Shown here: piece by piece, positions 59,725 through 64,000 of the stretch
Layout of the letters: the number at the start of each line of letters is the position of its first letter
How positions within the stretch are numbered: position 1 is the stretch's first letter
The notes under the pieces: model-generated
Databases searched by the model: none
Seen by the model: only the letters and a program-made list of their open reading frames with translations
What the model was told of the DNA's origin: nothing
Made by a program: the position numbers and the translations under genes
Assembly (NCBI GenBank): GCA_965223265.1
Contig: OZ244999.1
Coordinates: 1,312,001-1,376,000, forward strand
Source: Planctomycetota bacterium
GTDB taxonomy: Bacteria; Planctomycetota; UBA8108; SXIK01
Direction of reading: 5' to 3'
Length of the DNA: 64,000 nt

Positions 59725-62208
59725 GTGATCATTCTGGTCGTCAGCCTGACTCTGCTCGGAGCCCCGGAAGCCGATCGTGGTGCGATCGAACGCATCGAGT
59801 TCTTCGAGAAGAACGTACGCCCGGTCCTTGCCGCTCGCTGCTACCGCTGTCACTCGGACGCGAGCGAGAAACTTCGCGGCGGCCTGGCGCTCGATCGCTC
59901 TGAGGGTTGGATTCGCGGCGGTTCGCGCGGCGTCGCTATTGTGCCAGGTGAGCCAGAGAGCAGCCTGCTCATTCGGGCTGTTCGCTACGGCGACAAGGAC
60001 CTGAAGATGCCGCCAGACGGCAAGCTGACGGATCGTGAGATCGACCGGCTTGTCGAGTGGGTGAAGTTAGGGGCACCGGCGCCGCGTTCGGCTGAGTCGC
60101 TGCAAGAAGGGACCACCGACATTGCGTCGGGGCGCAGCTTCTGGGCGTTTCAGCCACCCGAGCGGCCGAAGGTGCCGCAGGTCCGCGACACCTCGTGGCC
60201 TCGCACGCACCTGGATCACTTCGTCTTGGCGCGTCTCGAACCCCATGGCCTGAAACCTGCGACGGACGCGGACCGCACGACGCTCATCCGCCGCCTCTAT
60301 TTCGATCTGCTTGGGCTGCCACCACCGCCCGAAGCCATTGCCGCCTTCGTGGCAGATCCTTCTCCTCTCGCCACCGACGAACTCATCGATCGGCTGCTTG
60401 CTTCACGGCACTTTGGTGAGCGCTGGGGGCGCCATTGGCTCGACGTCGCTCGCTTTGCCGAATCCACGGGCCGCAGCGTCAATTTTCCCTATAACTACGC
60501 CTGGCGATACCGCAACTACGTGATCGACGCTTTGAACGCAGACAAGCCGTACGATCGCTTCATCCGCGAACAAGTCGCCGGCGATTTGCTCATGGCCGCA
60601 AGTCAAAGGGAAGCGAACGAGAACATCATCGCCACCGGTTTTCTCGCGATCGGCCCGCGCGAACTCAACTACGACGACCGCGAGCTCGCGAACACCGAAC
60701 GCTATTTCCTCCACAGTGTCGATGAGCAGATCGACGTCACGATGCGTGGGATCCTCGGGCTGACCGTCTCGTGCGCTCAGTGTCACGACCACAAATTCGA
60801 TCCGATTCCCACCGTCGACTACTACGCCCTGGCGGGGATTTTTCGCAGCTCAGAGACGCTCGTCGGTTACGTGCATGGTCTCGGCAACTCAGGGCGATAT
60901 TTTCCCGAGCGTCTGGCGCTGCTCAAGGATCTCCCCGGCGCCGACTACGACACGGTCGGCGCGTATCGCCGCGAGGCGACCGCGGCGTGGCGGGCGCTCA
61001 AGAAGGAAATGACGGACCTTTGGTTGGTCCGCAGACAGGAGGGGCAGGTCGGCTTCACCAACGAGTTGCGCGAGAAACAGGAGAAGGTCGTCCGCGATCA
61101 CCGCGCCAAGCTCGACGCCCTCGCCAAAGAGTTACCGCCGAACCTGCCCGTTGCACTGGGTGTCGTCGATGGGGAGGAGCCTGCAGACATGCGCGTCTAC
61201 ATCGCGGGCGACCCCGAGAACCTCGGTCCCCTAGCACCGCGCGGCTTCTTAAGAGTTCTCGGGAGTGCCGGGACGACGACACCCATTCCGGCAAACCAAA
61301 GCGGCCGCGCCCAGCTCGCCGACTGGCTCGCGTCGCGCGAGAATCCGCTCACCGCCCGCGTCATGGTGAATCGCATCTGGCATCACCTCTTCGGACGCGG
61401 CATCGTGCGAACAGTCGACAACTTTGGCGCGACTGGCGAGAGACCGAGTCACCCGCGGCTGCTCGACCATCTGGCGCACCGATTCATGGACCAGGATTGG
61501 TCGGTGAAGTCGGTGATTCGTGAGATCGTGCGCAGCCGCGTGTATCAGCTCGCCAGCGATCACGACGCCGAGAACTACGCGATCGACCCGGACAATCGGT
61601 TCCTCTGGCGCAGGTCTCGGCGAGCACTAGAAGTCGAGGCACTGCGAGATGCTTTGCTCTCCGCCAGCGGTCAGTTGGACCCGAGCCGACCGAACGGCTC
61701 CCCGCTGATGCGTAGCGGAGCCGCGCAGATTCGTAGTACGAAGAATCTGCCGCCCGAAGCCACGACCATCCATCACCGTCATCGCACCGTCTACCAGACC
61801 CTGATTCGTGACATGGAACCGGACATGCTGCGGCTGTTCGACTTCCCTTCCACCAGCAGTGTCCACGGGCGCCGAAATGCAACGATCGTCGCTGCACAGG
61901 CTCTCTTTTTCCTCAACGACCCTTTTGTCACGAAGCAGTCACACCATGCCGCCCTGCGGGTGCTGGGTCGACAGGATCTCAGCCGCCGGCAGCGCATCGA
62001 CTTGGCCTATCGGCTGATTTTGGGCCGGGCAGCATCGGTCGACGAGAAGCGGAAGGCAGAGCGGTTTCTCGACGCGCGGGTCGCCTCGACCTCCGTCGCC
62101 ACGGCCGGTGCTGGAGAGGGCCCCGATCAAGAGAATGAGAGGATCGAAGCTTGGTCTCGTTTTGTTCAGTTGCTATTCGCCTCGGCCGAGTTCCGTTATA
62201 TTGAGTGA
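59725..62208 (+). CDS. Planctomycete cytochrome c + DUF1549 + DUF1553 protein
   Basis: EFFEKNVRPVLAARCYRCHS, FWAFQPP, FGERWGRHWLDVARF, CAQCHDHKFDPI, NPLTARVMVNRIW; AAGGAG RBS before GTG 59725. Confidence 0.93.
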   Translation: MIILVVSLTLLGAPEADRGAIERIEFFEKNVRPVLAARCYRCHSDASEKLRGGLALDRSEGWIRGGSRGVAIVPGEPESSLLIRAVRYGDKDLKMPPDGKLTDREIDRLVEWVKLGAPAPRSAESLQEGTTDIASGRSFWAFQPPERPKVPQVRDTSWPRTHLDHFVLARLEPHGLKPATDADRTTLIRRLYFDLLGLPPPPEAIAAFVADPSPLATDELIDRLLASRHFGERWGRHWLDVARFAESTGRSVNFPYNYAWRYRNYVIDALNADKPYDRFIREQVAGDLLMAASQREANENIIATGFLAIGPRELNYDDRELANTERYFLHSVDEQIDVTMRGILGLTVSCAQCHDHKFDPIPTVDYYALAGIFRSSETLVGYVHGLGNSGRYFPERLALLKDLPGADYDTVGAYRREATAAWRALKKEMTDLWLVRRQEGQVGFTNELREKQEKVVRDHRAKLDALAKELPPNLPVALGVVDGEEPADMRVYIAGDPENLGPLAPRGFLRVLGSAGTTTPIPANQSGRAQLADWLASRENPLTARVMVNRIWHHLFGRGIVRTVDNFGATGERPSHPRLLDHLAHRFMDQDWSVKSVIREIVRSRVYQLASDHDAENYAIDPDNRFLWRRSRRALEVEALRDALLSASGQLDPSRPNGSPLMRSGAAQIRSTKNLPPEATTIHHRHRTVYQTLIRDMEPDMLRLFDFPSTSSVHGRRNATIVAAQALFFLNDPFVTKQSHHAALRVLGRQDLSRRQRIDLAYRLILGRAASVDEKRKAERFLDARVASTSVATAGAGEGPDQENERIEAWSRFVQLLFASAEFRYIE

Positions 62209-62225
62209 CTGTAGTGTAGGATTGA

Positions 62226-62403
62226 CAGCCTGTTGAAAAAGTGCTTCGAGCCGAAAACTGGTCTCTTCGCGTCCAGATCGGCCGCGGCAAACGCAGGTAA
62301 TCTCCGAGCCCTCTTCTATATAAGGTATACGGCGAGTATTGACGCGGTCGAGCTGGGCGTGAAGAGGCCGGTTTCTCGGCCGAATGACTTTTTCAACGGG
62401 CTG
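62226..62403 (+). mobile_element. MITE-A copy 2 (178 bp), TTGA target duplication
   Basis: Identical to copy 1 except for the central loop; TTGA at 62222-62225 and 62404-62407. Confidence 0.9.
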
Positions 62404-62443
62404 TTGAGGCAAGTCTTCGACCCTGTCCGTCAGGAATCTCGAC

Positions 62444-63802
62444 ATGACGCTTTCGTTTGAATTTCCGATCTCTCGCCGCCAGCTTCTGAGCAGCGCTACG
62501 TGTGGCTTCGGCAGCATCGCGCTGGCTGGCCTGACGGCGGCGGCTTCGGAACGGCCCTCCCATGCTGCAGCGGCCCCGCTACCGCACTTTCGGCCGCGGG
62601 CGCGGCGAGTGATCTTCCTGTTCATGCGCGGCGGGCCGTCGCACGTAGATACCTTCGACTACAAGCCGGAGCTGCAATCGAATCACGACCAAGTGCTCTC
62701 CGACGGCAAGCTCATGGCGTCGCCGTGGAGCTTCCGGCGCTATGGCGACTCGGGACTCACGATCTCAGCGCTCTTCCCTCATTTGGCCAGGCACGCCGAT
62801 GAGCTTTGTGTCATCAACAGCATGCACTGCGACAGCTTCGCCCATCCGGGCGCGACGATCCAGATGCACACTGGCTCGACGACGTTCGTCCGCCCGTCGA
62901 TGGGGGCGTGGGTGCTCTACGGTTTGGGTACAGGTAATGACGACCTGCCTGGATTCGTGACGATCAACCCGACGTCGAACTTCGGCGGCGCGCAGAACTA
63001 CGGTAGCGCCTTTCTGCCGGCGAAACATCAGGGGACGCCTTTGAGCGACAAGGCGCATCCGATGGTGTCCAATTTGACGAACGCCACGGTGACGCGCGCC
63101 GCTCAGCGCCAGCAGCTCGATTTTTTGCGCGACCTGAACGCAGAGCTGCGTAAACGCTGGGAAGAAGACCAGCGTATCGATGCTGTGATCGAGTCGTACG
63201 AGCTTGGATTCCGCATGCAGGGCTCGATGGGCGACGTACTCGATGTTGGACGCGAGAATGCAACGACTCGTGAGCTCTACGGCGTCGACGACAGGGCGAC
63301 TGCCAGATTCGGGACGCAGTGCCTCATGGCTCGGCGGATGATCGAAGCTGGAGTAAGATACGTTGAGATCGACAACGGCGGCTGGGATCAACACACCAAT
63401 CTTCGCGGTCAACACGCAGCCCGCGCACGCGGCGTCGACAAACCGATCGCCGGACTGCTCACTGACTTGAAGCAGCGCGGACTGCTTGACGACACGCTGG
63501 TCGTCTGGGGCGGCGAGTTCGGTCGTCGGCCGTTCGTGCAGTTCGCCACGGGACGAGGCCACAACAACCTCGGCTTCTCAATGTGGATGGCCGGCGGCGG
63601 CAGTCGAGGCGGGCTGCAGTTCGGCGCCACCGATGAGATCGGCCATCGTGCAGTCGAAGACCGCGTGCATGTTCACGACCTCCACGCAACGATCCTCCAT
63701 CTCCTCGGGCTCGATCACACGCGCTTGACGTACCGCTATGGTGGTCGCGACTTCCGCCTGACGGACGTCTACGGCCGAGCCGTCCCTGAGCTGATTGCGT
63801 GA
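62444..63802 (+). CDS. DUF1501 domain protein with Tat signal
   Basis: SRRQLL; HFRPRARRVIFLFMRGGPSHVDTFDYKP; WDQH; WGGEFGRRP; RLTYRYGGRDFRLTDVYG. Confidence 0.94.
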   Translation: MTLSFEFPISRRQLLSSATCGFGSIALAGLTAAASERPSHAAAAPLPHFRPRARRVIFLFMRGGPSHVDTFDYKPELQSNHDQVLSDGKLMASPWSFRRYGDSGLTISALFPHLARHADELCVINSMHCDSFAHPGATIQMHTGSTTFVRPSMGAWVLYGLGTGNDDLPGFVTINPTSNFGGAQNYGSAFLPAKHQGTPLSDKAHPMVSNLTNATVTRAAQRQQLDFLRDLNAELRKRWEEDQRIDAVIESYELGFRMQGSMGDVLDVGRENATTRELYGVDDRATARFGTQCLMARRMIEAGVRYVEIDNGGWDQHTNLRGQHAARARGVDKPIAGLLTDLKQRGLLDDTLVVWGGEFGRRPFVQFATGRGHNNLGFSMWMAGGGSRGGLQFGATDEIGHRAVEDRVHVHDLHATILHLLGLDHTRLTYRYGGRDFRLTDVYGRAVPELIA

Positions 63803-64000
63803 AAGGAAGGTCGCGCGTCAGAAACGGGCGAGCGAATGGGCAGCGTCGAGGCAAATCGTGCGTCCGTGCCGCGCGTCGATTCGGTGACTTTCGACGCCGT
63901 CTTGTGTTTCCAGAAATCGGTCACAATCATGCCCAAGATCACAGCCATCGAGACGACCGTTCCCGTGAATGTCATGCCCCACCTGATCTTGGTGCGAATC
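63769..64000 (-). CDS. Probable 3' end of a membrane protein gene entering from the window end
   Basis: Open frame from the edge with a TM-like segment (TVVSMAVILGMIV); overlaps the DUF1501 stop. Confidence 0.35.
   Translation of the reverse strand, partial: IRTKIRWGMTFTGTVVSMAVILGMIVTDFWKHKTASKVTESTRGTDARFASTLPIRSPVSDARPSFHAISSGTARP

Noticed and set aside
3700-63854. Numerous long antisense or overlapping ORFs in the track (e.g. 8048-9163, 17249-18178, 25912-26922, 39864-40886, 46518-47639)
   Set aside because: Shadow ORFs expected opposite real genes in high-GC DNA; no motifs.
1-64000. CRISPR array, rRNA, tRNA, integrase or intact transposase
   Set aside because: No regularly spaced repeat-spacer units, RNA gene signatures or complete catalytic ORFs were seen by eye.

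Overview
GC-rich bacterial DNA, almost certainly Planctomycetota. The basis is six Tat-signal DUF1501 genes, three DUF1549/DUF1553 genes (two with a planctomycete cytochrome c domain), two sulfatases, an N-methylation prepilin and a dockerin-bearing HzsA-like protein. The window is an accessory region dominated by exported catabolic enzymes: three paralogous GH32/GH43-like beta-propellers, two BNR/sialidase-like proteins, two FG-GAP proteins (one fused to a PL11-like domain), an esterase-propeller fusion, a CehA/McbA metallohydrolase, a mannonate-dehydratase-family enolase, a ceramidase-like protein and an amidohydrolase. It also holds a MarR/metallophosphoesterase/CDP-alcohol phosphatidyltransferase operon with a palindromic operator, and a Usp/AI-2E/Kef stress block. 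No rRNA, tRNA, CRISPR array or intact transposase was seen. The intergenic DNA is highly structured: a two-copy MITE with 4-bp target duplications, a swapped central loop and strand-biased G-T wobble stem; a second MITE stacked on the same CTAG site; a REP-like hairpin with a compensatory change; a hexamer microsatellite; an exact 232-bp tandem duplication; two single-base frameshifts; and several 3'-end gene remnants. Family assignments come from motif recognition by eye, not from database searches.
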